Assembly (NCBI RefSeq): GCF_022539665.2
Contig: NC_081331.1
Location: 1,736,001-1,800,000 of the forward strand
Direction of reading: 5' to 3'
Source of the DNA: Daphnia carinata
Taxonomy: Eukaryota
Length of the DNA stretch: 64,000 bases
In this document: positions 27,801-44,900 of the stretch, piece by piece
Layout of the letters: each line of letters opens with the position of its first letter
How positions within the stretch are numbered: the first letter of the stretch is position 1
Notes under the pieces: generated by a model
Told to the model about the DNA's origin: nothing
The model's database searches: none
What the model saw: the letters and a program-made list of their open reading frames with translations, nothing else
Made by a program: the position numbers and the translations under genes

Positions 27801-30800
27801 AGCGTTGCGCGTTGGCAGACAACACAACGATTGCGGAGGAGTGTGTGTACACTCACTCGCGCTATAATAGTTGTACAGAGAGACACACACTCTGTATCTT
27901 TTGCTACACTAATTTTTTTTTATTTTTTGTTTGTTTGTCCTGTTATTTCCGGCCCGCAGAGGCAGCGGCCTCCAAATGATCTCCACTGGGATGAAGATGA
28001 TATTGATCCCCTTTTTTTGTTCTGTTGCTCCCTATCTTTTTGGCTGATCTTGATGATGATTTTTTAGCGGCTTTTTTTCCCCTTTCGTCTCACCGTCTGT
28101 CTGTGTCATCAATTACGTTACATCCGTCAGCAGTTGTGCGTACCGCTTGTATCATTCATTACTGTTGGGTGGCTTTTCTTTGGCCTTCATCACGATCCCG
28201 ATGGCTAGCCGTCCAATTTTTTTATTTGCCTAGTATTCTGGGTGTACGCTATCTGAGATGGCTTTTGGAGCTAGCCACACAGAACGCTTTCCAATGAAGT
28301 AAGCGCCAGCAAAACGGAAGGTATAATCAGAGAATCCACTATTTTGTAAATTGAATAACGAGAAACGGTATGGTACCTCTATGGTGGGACCAGTGTATCA
28401 ATAAAACGAGGCGACACCACATCCAATTTGGTGTGTTCGTTCAAATAAAGACGTCATGTCGAGACAAACGCTGGAAACGTAAGGACGCCCGCGTTACACG
28501 TTTGGCAGACCAATCAGACAGCACAGCTCGGCTGATTTATCTACAAATCCAATTTTCCAAATGAAAATATTGTTAAAAGGGCAAACATATCTGACGTCCC
28601 AATTAGAACAACAAAAAGAGTATGCGGTCAAACGCGGAGGTCTCATGGATTTAAACCCCATGAATATTCGAAGGCCGACTGTTCCCTCCTCTCCAGCGTG
28701 TTGTTTAGAGGACTTGTTGGAAAAATACAAGGGATACATATAAAAAAAAAAAGAATCATTATCATCATCATCATAATGAACGAAAAAAAAAAGTAGGGGT
28801 AAGGGTAAACTGAGGGTCGAGGACGAACTGATCAGCGCTGACCAGCAGAAGGGAAAATTGAAGAGAGTTGACCATTTTTCTAACTCACCTGTCCTTATAG
28901 TTTAGCTTCCCTCAACAACAACAAAAAAAAGGAGGGGAGAAAACACGGACATAGAGAAGAGGGGGTTCCTGTATAACTCATCATATATAGCACGTGCCAT
29001 GTGTGTCGTGCGTGTGCCTACGTGTGTGTATATAGAAGCCCCGGTTGGTTGGGAGGTAGGTTACGGATGGCCACCTTTCAGTCGTTGACTTCCTGCCGAA
29101 TCAACTCTCTATACTCGGCTGGCCGTTTGTTTTTGTGTGCCATCAGCGAATAACCGCAGCAGCCGTTAAAACGACCATACAGCTCACCTTTTTACTTTTT
29201 CTTCTGCCTTCTTCTGTTCCAGGAAAATGCTCTGCATTCCATTATCTATTTGGAGGCATTAAAATAGTAGATTTTCCTCCAATAAGAATAGCCAAACGCG
29301 TTCGAAATAAAGTCGGTTCATCGCTTTCACTGTTAGTTTCACTCTCACGCCCTGATATACATAAAAGATCCCCCCTTTATTTGCATGATAAAGTCGTTCG
29401 TAAAATACCGGCATGATTTAAATAGTTGATACGTCAATGCAAACTGCCGTTTAAAAATGAATTTCTTTAAAAAAAAAATGGACAATTTTTTGGTGACTTA
29501 TGGCGTTGAGGGGGGTCATATTTTTCTAGTCCATTTATCTTCATGTGTCCTCCGTGTATTGTTTCCTTCCTCTTTTGTATTTTCCCTATGTGTGTTATTT
29601 AGTTAACGATGATGCACGCGTGTGCCTCTTACCTGTACAGCAACAATACAAAAAGAAAGAGAGATGAACCGGTGCTGTGTCCCCCTCTCGTCTTTCCTTT
29701 TTTTTTTTTTTTAACCCCCCTCATATGAGGGTGCTGCTTGCCAGATGACCCACATGGTAAGTCACACTCATCACGTGCCCTCTCTGATAAACATTTTTCT
29801 CCCCTTTTTTTTATATTTTACATAAGATACGACTCCGTTTATCCCCTCCACATATTTTTTGTTCCCTATCCAGTAGTATCCCCGCCCCATCAACGACTAT
29901 AACAATCATGACTTTGTGTATTTTAAATAATTGAAAAATTTTTCAAACAAAAACGAGATGTAAGAAGAATAAAAAAAGACTTTTTGCTTGTATGATGATA
30001 TGCAGAGATCTTCAGCCAAAAAAAATGTCATTACGAGAACTAACATAACTATGCTTGAAGAGTGTGTAGTAGTAGTAGTGGCCCCCCTCTTCTAGCACGT
30101 CAAGCACGGTTAGTTTTCATCTTATTTTTTTCCCCTCCATTCATTTCTTTGGAAAACGCAACACATGAATGAGCAATTGAAATATTGCAGAGTCATTTGC
30201 CGTACGTACTGTTTGATGAAGAACGACAAGAAAGTCACTAAGGCACTTTTACATATACATAGGACTACACATAAGCCGAAAGAATGCATAATTCATGAAA
30301 AACGACGATAATGTACAAGTCCGTTAAGTTTTTATCTTCCATTCTTTTTTCATGTGTAACAGAGCTACCTTTTTTTTTCTTTCTTTATCAAATTAATTCA
30401 TTTGCATAAACGCCAATTCATCATCATATCATCAAACGACAGTTATGATTGCATTACGCAACATTGTGCGCATTCCTTTGGTGGGACTTGAATCAAAGGC
30501 AAATCAAGTAACGGACACACTTCTCCTTTTCCTTTTCCTTCCTGATCAGATTCGACAGGTGGAATCGGACGGCATAAAAAATAGGGGACACACAATTCTC
30601 TTTTGTAGCAGTGGTATTTTTAATTAAAAAGCTATTCATAACAAAACTGTTGATAGAACCGCGCGTGCGACGCACGTCCGCAAATAGAAAAGAAAAAAAC
30701 AATTTCTCCATGTCAATTTCATCGAGGAGAGAGCGAAGGAGAAAATGAGGGGCGGAGCCTTGTAAATAAAAATAAAAATATGTGGTCCCCCAATTCACAT

Positions 30801-31531
30801 TAAAAAAAAAGGCAAAACAAAACAAAAGAACGATGTAAAAGGGGGGGGCGATTCGAAGAGGGAGAAGGGCCAAAGGTCGGTGGCGTCGCTTACCTGCTGA
30901 CTCTTCGGGCCGCGTCAAACGCCGAGTGGGAGGGGGGAGACCCCACTCACCTGGTCTGTTGCTATACAGAGTCATAAGAGAAGAGGGGGGCAAAAAAAAA
31001 CTTTGACGCCGTTTAAAACACTGAAGAAGGACACACATGGATGTTATAATCTAACACACGAGCTATCGCAGAGGGCTCCTATAAGGATTGTGAAGTCACT
31101 GGCGTGTCAACACCTGCTTCCGCTGCTTTCTGCCGAGAAGAAGAAGAAACCGTTTTTTTTTTTTTTTGCTGCTGGCCTTTTGTTTTCTTCTTGTCTTATT
31201 CCACAAGTTTTATCGCATGCATTAAAGAAGGGGGGATTGCGTTATGTTTCCTGTTTTTCATTCGGATTTTCTTGACGCCGGCTCGTGCCAAAGTTAATTC
31301 AAAGGAAACGAGAGAAAAGAAATTATAAGTGCGGGGCTTCTTCATCAGCTGCTGGTATGACAAAAAAAAAAAAAACAGCGGCCTTATCATATTGTTCCAT
31401 AATCCTCTAAACCTCTCTCAGCTGCAGTCGTTACATTCTATTAGCCAAGAAAATAACAAACCCCTCAGAAGAAACTTCAGAGCGTCGTTGGGACGACGGC
31501 TGGCGTCCGTTTAAGTCGACGAACGCGTGCC
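24825..31531 (-). promoter_or_regulatory. Series of Hairy/E(spl)-type GGCACG(C/T)G sites between the lysozyme gene and sens
   Basis: Sites at 24825, 25296, 26864, 28991, 29772, 31524, all on the minus strand. 28988-28999 reads TGGCACGTGCTA on the minus strand. N-box GGCACGAG at 31282. Confidence 0.45.
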
Positions 31532-33603
31532 ACGTTTCCAATTTCGCTCCCTTTGCTTCTCCTTCTTCTATACGTGAACGACACCCTGCTAGACTAACAC
31601 TGTTGCTCCAGCTTGCCCATTTTTTTCTTTTTTTTTTTTGCGAGGAGTATTACTCAGTTGGTTCCCTCCTCGTCCTTTTGCTTGTTAATTCTGTTTGCTA
31701 ACAAACAAAAAAATGAATATTGAGGTTACATCTGCACGAAGACACTGAATGGGCTCACAAAAGAGAAGCAATCAGCAAACTTGTTTCCACTTATATTAGG
31801 GTTCAAACGTTTTGTTTTTTCGCGCCTCTGGTGTTCTGTTTGCATTTCTCCTGTTGTTCTTGTTACGCTTTTTCTTTTTGTGTTGATTGTTCTCCCTTTT
31901 TTTCTGCGTGTCCCTTGTTATCATCACTATACACGTTCGTGATGTTTACCCGATAAACACATATTGACCGATCCTCTTGATGGCCAAACAAAACACATTC
32001 TCCTTTTTTTTTTTGAGGGGGGAAGAGGGGGTCCTTATTGTAGGATATGTACTGCACACTGCGTTAACATTGTATCGCAGCAATGCAGCGAAGTGACACG
32101 ACCGTGAAGAGCATGCAATGAAGGAGGTTTCTTTCCAATGTGTCAATTGTATAGTAGTGAACACAACAAGCAAAAGAAAAAAAAAAGTAGGTTGTTTATC
32201 AGTTCCAGCAACTAGCACTTGTCTTCGTAGCGGACGTTCTATCGGCTAATGATCTGTGTGCGTAACGTGCCTTTTTTTTTGCAATTACTCATCGCGTGAG
32301 CGATGGGCTGTCGCCAATCGAAATGGGAGAAATCAATTACTTTGTAGCGGAAAACCTTGTGGATGATGATAGAAAACAGTTGAAGAAATAAAAAAATGGT
32401 TCCGGCTAAAAGAGACTGAAAATCGTATTTGCATTGTTTGACGGAATTTAAAACACGCGCGTGCGAGGAGGCAAATAATGTTCATTGCTCTATTGTAAAA
32501 TGCGGGTATTCAGAATTTAAAAAAAAAAGGGGTCCGGAACCAATTGATTTTGCGGTTCATCGTATTGTCCTTTGTGTGTGTGAGTGTGTGTTTTTTTTTG
32601 GTCAGCTGTTATGTTAGCGTAATGTGACGACGCCAAGTATTTTCCCTAATGCTTTCTTCCGGTTGATTTCACCAAATGTTATTCAACGAACTTTCCTTTT
32701 GTGTTTCTCAACTGTTGTCCACCATTCGATTACTCGTCTAATAACCGTTCTTTTCTAGGGTGCGTTGAATGGGTCTTCTGGAAATCTAATTATACCGCAC
32801 AGCTATTAGGAATTAACGGCGGGGTGGCCCTGTCGGCAACTCTACCAACAGGACAGTTTTTAAAAAAACACTTAAAAAGGTATCCAACTTACAAAGAGTA
32901 AAGGAAAAATATCCGACAGAGGGACAGGGTGCAAAGTGAAAATCTATTACAACTTGACCAGATGCTATGTACGCATTGCCATTATATTACATACAGTACG
33001 CAGTTGTTGCGAAAGGAAAAAAAAAAATACATGTATAAAAATAAAACACCTATAATAAAAAAAAAAAAAAAAAAAAAGGGAAAAGCGGACGCAGGAAAGA
33101 CGGGCAACAGCAATGGGCTCCTGCTGTTTCTATTTTGACGACATCCGAAAATAGCTACTCGTATATGCATGTATCATGTCCGCGCAGTCAAAATCCAGTT
33201 TTCGGAGGGGATTGAATGTTGTAGAATAAAAAACATGGTTGTAATCCCTCCCTCCCATCACGCCATAATCGTTCGCAGAAAGAAAAAAAAATCGTGAAAG
33301 GGACGATCATGTGATGGAGGGAGAGAGTGAACGCTTCATCCCCGCGTGTCCTATTTCCTCATTCAGTCGGAACGTCTATAAACAAAACTTGATGACATTT
33401 GGGTGATCGCCGGAGATGTAAACCACGTACATTACGCAATGCTTGTTTAGGGCATGGCAAAACGTTTTTTAAATATAACATGTGGGTCGCTTTGAATGTG
33501 AAACAGAAATACGTTTCGTTAGCGCGGGGACGTAAAGGCAGCATTGAATGAAAAAGGACGGAACTTATATCTCATTTGCATACTAGGCATATTCGAATTG
33601 AAC

Positions 33604-35691
33604 CACCTGTACATCGGTTTGTACTGTAGCAGCCAAACTAAAACACGATAAATGTCTCATCGTGTATGTGTCTGTTTTATTTTTTTGGCTTTTCTCCCCC
33701 TTCTCTTCGGAGATAAACAACACATTTTTGTGATCAAACAGATACAGCAAACCGTTGCACCGCCAATACAAACTTGTGCCATCACTTTATATACCTCACG
33801 CACTATACACACTCACACGTGTACGAAACGTATGCCAGAATTTCATATATGAAGTTTTCATATTAAAAAAAAAATCTGATTCAGAGTAGTCACCTGCGAT
33901 TTTTGGGACACGTACGCCGGGCCAAAAAAATACATGTGTGTGGGCAGGATATAACGCACCTGTTATTTTATTTGTTTTTTCCACAGTCATTCTGTTCTGG
34001 TTTGTTTGTACGTTCACGAATGCCCTATTCGTCACCAAAACGTGGTCAGAACAATTCACTAAACATATGCGTCGTTTACTGGTGGTGTATTCGCCGTGCA
34101 ATAGACGTTTTTTTTTTTTACCATGTCGGATTGGCTAATGCGCTCATGCAAATTCTAAACTAGATGCGTCACTGAAAAGTATGCGTCTGTGCTTGTATTT
34201 GTTTTGGAGAGGTTATTGGGTCTGTTTGCCACTGACCAAGTTGACATAGCCTGGCTAGTTTAACGAACCGTTTTGAAAGGACGGGACGTCCTCTGTCCGG
34301 GCTATCCAAACCAATGAAAGCACGCAACACAGATTTTCTCCCATTTTCTCGTTCTTGTTCACTTCACATTTCGCCAAGCAATAAGATATAATAGCTAAAC
34401 CACGGTCGAGAGTTTTTTTTGAAGTGAATGCGTCAGTCCAGACCTCGACTGCAGGTGAGTAAAGGCCATATTTTTGTGAGGATTCAACGGTCCAGCGCAA
34501 AGGTGTGTGTACGAACGAAAGCGTGAAAACGATCCAAGTGTTTCAAGTGCTGCCTTTAGCCTTGACTGGATTACAGCTGCACACAATTTTTATTTTAGTT
34601 GTTCGTTGTTTAGCAAACTTTTTTGGGGGGTTTCATTCTTTTTTCTGAAACATACAGTCTGCGCGAATCGGCATTTTTGAGACCAGAATTTTTAATGCTG
34701 GTTGTGTTATTCCGGTACAAAGTATTTCTTTATAGACTTTGTTATTATCTTTTATAATTGCCATCTTAGTTTTTCCAAAGGAAAAAGCTTAAGAAAAAAA
34801 AAAAAAAATAAATAAATAAAACGGACGCGCCGCCATTGGCCCAGGTGTGGCGGGCGTCGTCATAGCGACCGAGCCCCGACGCCAATCTGGATAAACCAAT
34901 CGCTGGGACCTCCGCACGCTAACAATTTTTTTTTTTCCTACATGCTAGGGCTGGACTGAAAGTGCATACCATTTTTCCGTTGTTGTTGCGATGGGTGGTA
35001 GAAGTGGGCGGAAGAAGAGGAGTAAGGAGGATTAGCCTGAAAAAGAAAAAACATACACAGACAGAAAAGAGGGAGAGGGCTCCCGCCGACAACAGCAGCC
35101 AACCGGGCGGAGAATCAGGTGAGTTGGGTGGTTGTGGGTGGAAAAGAAAACTACCGTGTACGAACTACTATAGTAGTGTATACTGCGTTTCAGTTATACT
35201 AGCAGGATTTTCCCAATCCGCAGCGCACCAGCAACAGACTGGAACTCTCCTCCCCCTAAGGCCATCCAACAGCTATATCTCCACCCCCTTGTCTTTCTCT
35301 CACATTTCCATCTCCATATGGATGGGCCTTTTTTTTTTTTTTTTAATATCTAGTCTACCTATACCTATACTACTACTATTACTACCTTTATCTCCCTCTG
35401 ATGTGTGTGTGGCTAGAAGCCAACTGCTTTTTTTTTTCTCATCCTTCTTTTCTTTTCTCTCTTTATTTTTTGTTTGAAGGGTTGATTTTTTTTCCTACCT
35501 CCACCTGGGTGTCTTGCAAGGTGTTGTAGCACCCCACCAAAAAAAAAAAAGGAGAGAGAAGGAGGAGCTCTCTTTTTTTTATTTTATTATATACATACAG
35601 TTTTTTCAAACTCAGACAGTGAAGTGTCTTATGCGAGTCGCAGTGCCCCACCACCGGCTAGTTCAAGTCCTGACGCCGTCGCGCTCAGGTG
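33604..35691. promoter_or_regulatory. Cluster of CAGGTG/CACCTG E-boxes upstream of sens (candidate proneural enhancer/promoter)
   Basis: E-boxes at 33604, 33891, 33957, 34452, 34842, 35116, 35502, 35686, plus CAGCTG at 34574. CCAAT boxes at 34835 (reverse), 34882 and 34896 in a GC-rich patch. Confidence 0.55.
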
Positions 35692-36067
35692 TGCAAATCT
35701 ATTCACCTCTCCGAAAACCCTAAATCTCAATCGGCAAAACCTCTGACACGAGAAGTCAAGTATCGCCCGTACGCGCAAACAGTCGCAATCAGTTACCGCT
35801 GCTGCTGTGTTTTTACTGTTCATTGTAACAAACGGATATTCTTTTTTTTTTTTCCACACATTTCTTCTATCTCATGCGGGTTTCCTTTTAATTTAACGAC
35901 GTGCAAGTGGTCAGTTATTCCCTGATTTATTCATTACGCAAAACAAAAACAAAAATTCCCCGAGTTCGTATGGTGTTTCTTTACTGTGTTTGATTGGTGT
36001 CACATTCTTCGGTGGAAATCGCTTGTGTAACTCAAAACAAACAAAGTGAATTGCCTCTACTTCAAAA

Positions 36068-38906
<2,839 letters not shown>

Positions 38907-41900
38907 AAATGTTCATTTTCCGCTGTCATGTTTATGGAAACAAAGAAGAAATGGAACGAGACAAGACGACGATGTCAACGAAAAGAAGAAGAATAAGACA
39001 ACAAAACAAAAGACTAACGGGGCTGATACATTGACCTTATTAAAAGGCCGTCGGGTCAGACTTTGTTTTCAACTGGATCATTTCCAACCAAACGATGTTT
39101 TTAAAGGAGATGAAGTTAGCGGCCGTGACAGTTGATCTATTTATACATCACCATACGTACAGTACACATATTGGAAGAAGATATGGTTTAGGTACAGAAT
39201 CTAACAACACACAATGCGTGCCTTTATTCGACATTAAAATGATTTAATGATTTTTCGGAAACAAAAAACAAAACAAAAAAAAAAAAAACTAAAACAGAAA
39301 TATTTAATATAATGTGTATAGATCTACTTGTTGCTCTATAGCTCACTCACTCAATCAATGGCTCACAGTTTCACGCCATCCCACATTCTCCTCCCCCTTT
39401 TTGTAAACCAATGTAGCCCGTCTTTTTTTTTTCTTTCACGAATCGCTTTTTCTCTCTAGTCTCTTATTATGTAAATGAGCGTCTTTTTTTTACATGTGAA
39501 AAATCAATTGTTGCGTCACTTGTCTGTTTAGGCCGAATAATGTTTTCACTGTCTGTAATTATTCAACGCATTTGATAAATCAGTTTTTCCTTTGAGCTAA
39601 TTCACAATTCACCCCTTTTTAACCAAACACCTACAAAACTGAATGACTGTATTTAATGTAATTGCTTGTCATTTTTGTTTTCTAAATTGTAATACCCAGT
39701 AGTCCATATTTACCAGAGTTACCAATAATGAGACAAAGAGAAAAGAAGCCAGCAGCAGCCGTTCATTTTGTAACAAGATCGGATTCAATCAAATGTGATT
39801 GAATCAACACTGATTGATGAAGTCGTTAAGTCAAACCCGAATATGTTCGAATCAAAACACCGCAAAATGCGTAGAGGCAACTTTCGCATCAGTAGTTTGA
39901 CAAAGCAAAATTGTCCTTGTATACTGTACTGATTCAAAGCAAAAAGTTTGAGCTTTTCTGTTCAATTAACGAAGGCCTGTACAAACCATTTTCAAGGCTG
40001 GATAAAAGAAAATCCCTGGACAGCAGATGCTTCTTAACAAGAAAACAAAAAAAAAAAGACGTTGAAATGTCTTGAAGGAAAATAATTTATACACAAAAGA
40101 TAAAAGCCACTGTTCCAAGACAAAACAATGCGGATGACGTCCGGCCCGGTGTTTTGCGTTGTAAAAAGAAAAAAAAAAAGAAAGAAAAAAAAACAATCAC
40201 CTTATTATGTAAGAAAACAACTATACGATACCATTTGGCGCACGTTCAGATCCCACTTGTTTTGTTTTTTTCTTACCTTTTTTGCATTGCGTGGGGTCTT
40301 TTTGTTTTGTTATAAATATAGCCAATGTGTGTCTAGTGTTGAAATTTGAAATGGAAATCACTACTTTTACCGCGGCTGTTCTTCGACTTATACAGCGCAA
40401 CGTTTCTTCGATTGTGCAACGTACGCCTCTCTCCCCCCCCGACGAAAGAACTTTTGCACCTGTCCTCGTAGCAGCCGGTCCCCACCGTCTATGTCATTTG
40501 CTTTAATGGGAAATGTTGGTATCTGTATAAATGTATATAGAATTTGTTTAAAAAGGTGGAAAAAAGAAACACACACGACGATAAATGCTTATTATGTAAC
40601 CCCTTTTTTTTATTGAACCTGTGGCATTGGTTCTCTGAAATACCCACTGTTTCGTAAATACCATTTTATGTTTGATGTTTCAATTGAATACAAAAGAATC
40701 CCATCACACCGACAAATTAGCGATGACAATGTCCATACTGGCTATCAGGTCACGATAGAAAATACAAAAAGTTTGTTATAGCGACGTAGTTTAGATAAAA
40801 GTATACCGGGAGTTTTGTCTACCATCGTTCTCTTGTGGTATTCAACAAGTCGATAACAGACAACGACAGAAATTGAAAGAGTCAACTGGTGTAAGCTAAG
40901 AAAAAAAAAAGGTAAAAAAAGACCAAAGGAAGAAAGGGGGGGTTCACCTATTATTCCAACTAAAAGAAGAGAGAAAGCTTTTTTCTATCTGTTGACGATG
41001 AGAGTGTTTGTGGCTCGTCTTATGCGTGCCGCGTGCCAACTGTTTTACCCTACCTTTCATTCCAAGATGGTGGGCGGCGGCTGACGGGGGTTGCTGTTCC
41101 ACTGCGATTCTTCCTTCATCCCTTTTTTTTTTTTTTACCTACTTCCAACCGATTTTGGAATACGTAGAAAAAAAAAAGACACGGAAGGTACATAAGACGA
41201 GAGTTCCCCCCAAATAAAGCGCTGCTGCTCCTGCTGACCACCTGGTTTTTGGGTGTCTGAAGGAGGAGCGAACAGAAGGCAGGTGATTAGGTTAGATGTA
41301 TATGTATCTCTTATACTCCTTTGTCTTATTTTATTTTTTAAAAGTTTCCGACTTTTTGATTCCGTCATCGACTGATGTCAACTGGTTTTCAATCTGTCCT
41401 CCTTACAGATGTTAGCACTGTTGATTTTTTTTCCGTTTAAAAATAAAGGCTGCATTTATGACTATAAAGTCTGCTGCATCGCTCAGATTACCTGTAGTTC
41501 CCAATAGACAAGGATTCCATGACCGTATCGAAGATCAATAAATAAAACAATAGTTTTTTTTTTATGTGTTACGGGAGGACAATAGTTTAACATTGATCGC
41601 ATTCGATTTGTAACCTTATTCCTCTTTCGCTTGACTGCCGTCACTGAACAGAAACAACAGGTATAATCGTACGAATATAAAATTACAAATAAAAGGCGGT
41701 CAAAACTATCAGAGTTCCTTTTTCAACCAAGTTTTATTCTCTCTCGTTTTTTTTTTAGCCCTACTGCCTCTTTATTTTGTTATTTTTGTTCTTGTCTTCT
41801 TGTTGTTACTGTTAGCGCCCTCCTGTAGACTATGCAGCCTTAATACTGCCACCATTTTTTCCCCCTTTTTTTTCTTTGGTTAAATAAGAGACGCGTGTCG

Positions 41901-44900
41901 GTCGCGTGGGTCGAAAACTGGCGTCGGCTACCACATGCCCACTCTTCCATATCATAACCGTGACTTCAATCTCCTATTATATACATCTCTTTCTCTTCGC
42001 CCGTTCCTCCACCCTCAACTGGCCCTCTTTCTATCCCCCAAAGTTCTTTCTACATCCAGCGTGTGTGTGGTAAAAGAGTCACGTGACTGTTATTAGTTCC
42101 GCCGTTCCTAATTTGATAGTGGAGAGGCAAAAAAAAAAAATAATAATAAAAAAACAAAACAGAGCAGCCGGACTTTTTTTTTTCTTCTTTTCTTATGGGG
42201 GAGGGCGAGAATTATTTTTCTTTTATTATTATGTTTCCTTTTTTTGTGTGTGTTACGACCTTATATGAAAATGCTATATAAAACAGATAAATAAACGTCG
42301 CTCAATGAACTGAAAGCTTGCGTGATGCACAAATGATTCAGATTGATTTGAATCTTTCGGCCTTTGTGTTCCAAATGGTTATAACTCTTTCCGCCGTTAG
42401 GCAATCAAAGTGTCGAACAGTTTCAGCTTTTATTTTACTGATTCTTAGCCCCTTATTTAACCAAGTGGCCTATTTTCCTATGTAAGACGATTCACCTTTC
42501 CTCATCCAACCCTTAGACCCTCTACCAACACATAATGAGATTGGATGATTGAGTGGAGAAAACAACCTCGATCATCATTTGTTTTCACCTGTTATCGTAC
42601 AAAAATATCCTTCCGTATGTCTATATACATTAGTCATCGATTGAGGAAACGTCTGTCCTGTTGTTTTCTCTTTTAATGTCCCATCGCGTCTGTCCCCGGA
42701 CGTTGCGTGTTTTGTTCGTTATCGTTTGCATACTAACGCACACAGCCAACTGCCTCTTTATAGAACCTAACTTGTAATAAGGCTATCCGTCTGTCTACAT
42801 ATTGATTGGACACTTGTAGAAAAGACCAATCGTAATACCATACCACGCATATAAATGAAAAAAGGGCGACACATAGCTTTTATTGAAAGTACGCAGCCCT
42901 AATAATTCAACAGTCTGCCGTGTCACATGAGAGCGCACGATGGCGGCCGCAACAAAACGTAAAGAAAAAAAAAATATAAAGGGTACGTAATGAATGTGTC
43001 AAGGCGACAAGGGTGGCGTGTGTCAGTGTCCATATAGTATAGTGCCTAGGCGGTGTGATGTCAATAATAAATGACGGGAACCCAATGTCAATATGACGGC
43101 GGGCGGCTTGTGGCTTGTCTCTGACTTTGCCCTACCCGGAGTGCGGATATAGTGGTATAGCACGCGGTGGACTTTGGATAGCTCTCCATGGAATATATAT
43201 ATTTATATATAAATTGCACTCTCGAATTGAAAAATTTTGAGATTGGATTGCTAGATTCCATGTGTTTTATTTTTTAGGGGCGGGGGGATGCAGTAAGGTG
43301 GAAATGAATTGGTGGATTTATAGACGTGCGCATCGACCGGGAAAACTGAAGTCATCATTTATTGATGTGAAACCTGTGCTATTAAAAAATATATATTCAC
43401 AAGTGTACCTTTTGATAGAACACGGAGGCATAACGTCCCCATCAAAAGCTTTTTCGATTTTCCTTCTTCAATAGTTGAAAAATGGAGGATATCCGGAAAA
43501 TGCACAGCCTGGTTTTGATATGTTAATATTTAACGAAACCTTTTTCGATAGGCATCTTTTTTTACCCCCAATATTTTTTTATGTCTCAGTGAGGAAGGTG
43601 ATGTAGCATTAGATGTGTATGTAGACGATGAAGTACTATCAGGTGTCGGGTGCATAATTGTTTCCCTTTCTGTGGACCCAGACCTCGGTTTTCTCACGCC
43701 GGGCATCATCGTATTCACTGCGAGTGCATTGAAGTCCGCGGTTCTGCCCGCAAAAAAGACAAATAAAAATTCTATAAAGACCCCCCTTGTTTTGTCTTCC
43801 CATTTTCTTTGTGTCGAGTTACCCTATTGCATACAACACCTGATGATGTCAACGATGTACCGAGAAGTATGCTTCACGTTCACAGGTGAACATAGCATTC
43901 ATATCGAAAACCGATTTCCCGCTGTGAGACCGGCAGAACGGCAGCTGATGGTAACTCATCCCGCATTGCTTTCGCGCATACCCATTAAATCTTTTCCGTT
44001 CAATGATTTATTTCATTTTTTTTTTTACGTTTGACGTTGCAGCTATGCTTAAAACTAAATCGATACAATCAAATTTTACAGCCATTCTACCAAAGGTCAT
44101 TTGTAATTAAAAGCAATTAAAGACTTGAAATTGGTTTTAAGGTAAAGCGCTAGACATGTCGTGTCTCGCTAGAGTTCACTTGCACCATTGAAAGATGGAT
44201 GGCTATTTATTACTTATACCTTATTATAAATTTGTTGATGTTTCCAGTACTTTGTATTTTGTTTTCTCCCCCTCCCTCCCCTTTTTTTTGTTTTCTTCCA
44301 ATATGCTTTGAAACGCGTTAGGTGCTCTTGAAATTTGATGGCTGCGCTACACCTCGTACTTCGTGTGGTAGTATTTTTCACTGGCACGCTATCGATAATG
44401 GATAAGGTGCATTACATTATCGGCGTCCAGAAATAAAGGGCGCACTGCTCTGATGCGCGTTCCATGTGAAAAATGCACACCTATTGTAGATCCCCTCCGT
44501 CCTTTTATTTTCTCTCCCTTTCCCATGTACACTCTCAATATGCTTTCACCGCTCGTGCTTTGTATTAAAGCCAGTGACTGATAGTTTAAAGGTAACAACA
44601 AACACACCAAGTCAATTTTTCAGCGTGATGACCAGACTTCTTTAAATATGCAGAGACCATGGGAATATTTCGTTCCACTGATGACCCTCCAACGACACGT
44701 GTTTTATCGGCCTGCCCCATCGCCAATATCCGATGATGGATTTAATGGGATTGGGCCGAGCGTCGCAACACGTCAAGAAGTTTCAATCATCATCCCAAAC
44801 GCTCTTGTTTTTCAGACACAAATGGATGTGCGTACAATCACGCTAATGGACTATTGATACATCGAAAATACTACGCACAATAGTCTCTGTTTTTCTTTTT

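Noticed and set aside
30493..35477. Longer ORFs 30493-31038 (181 aa) and 34962-35477 (171 aa)
   Set aside because: Non-ATG starts and low-complexity composition; they lie in presumptive regulatory DNA.
38907..40930. miR-9 sites in the sens 3'UTR (known regulation in Drosophila)
   Set aside because: Only one ACCAAAG seen (40922), about 2 kb past the stop and possibly outside the UTR; insufficient support.
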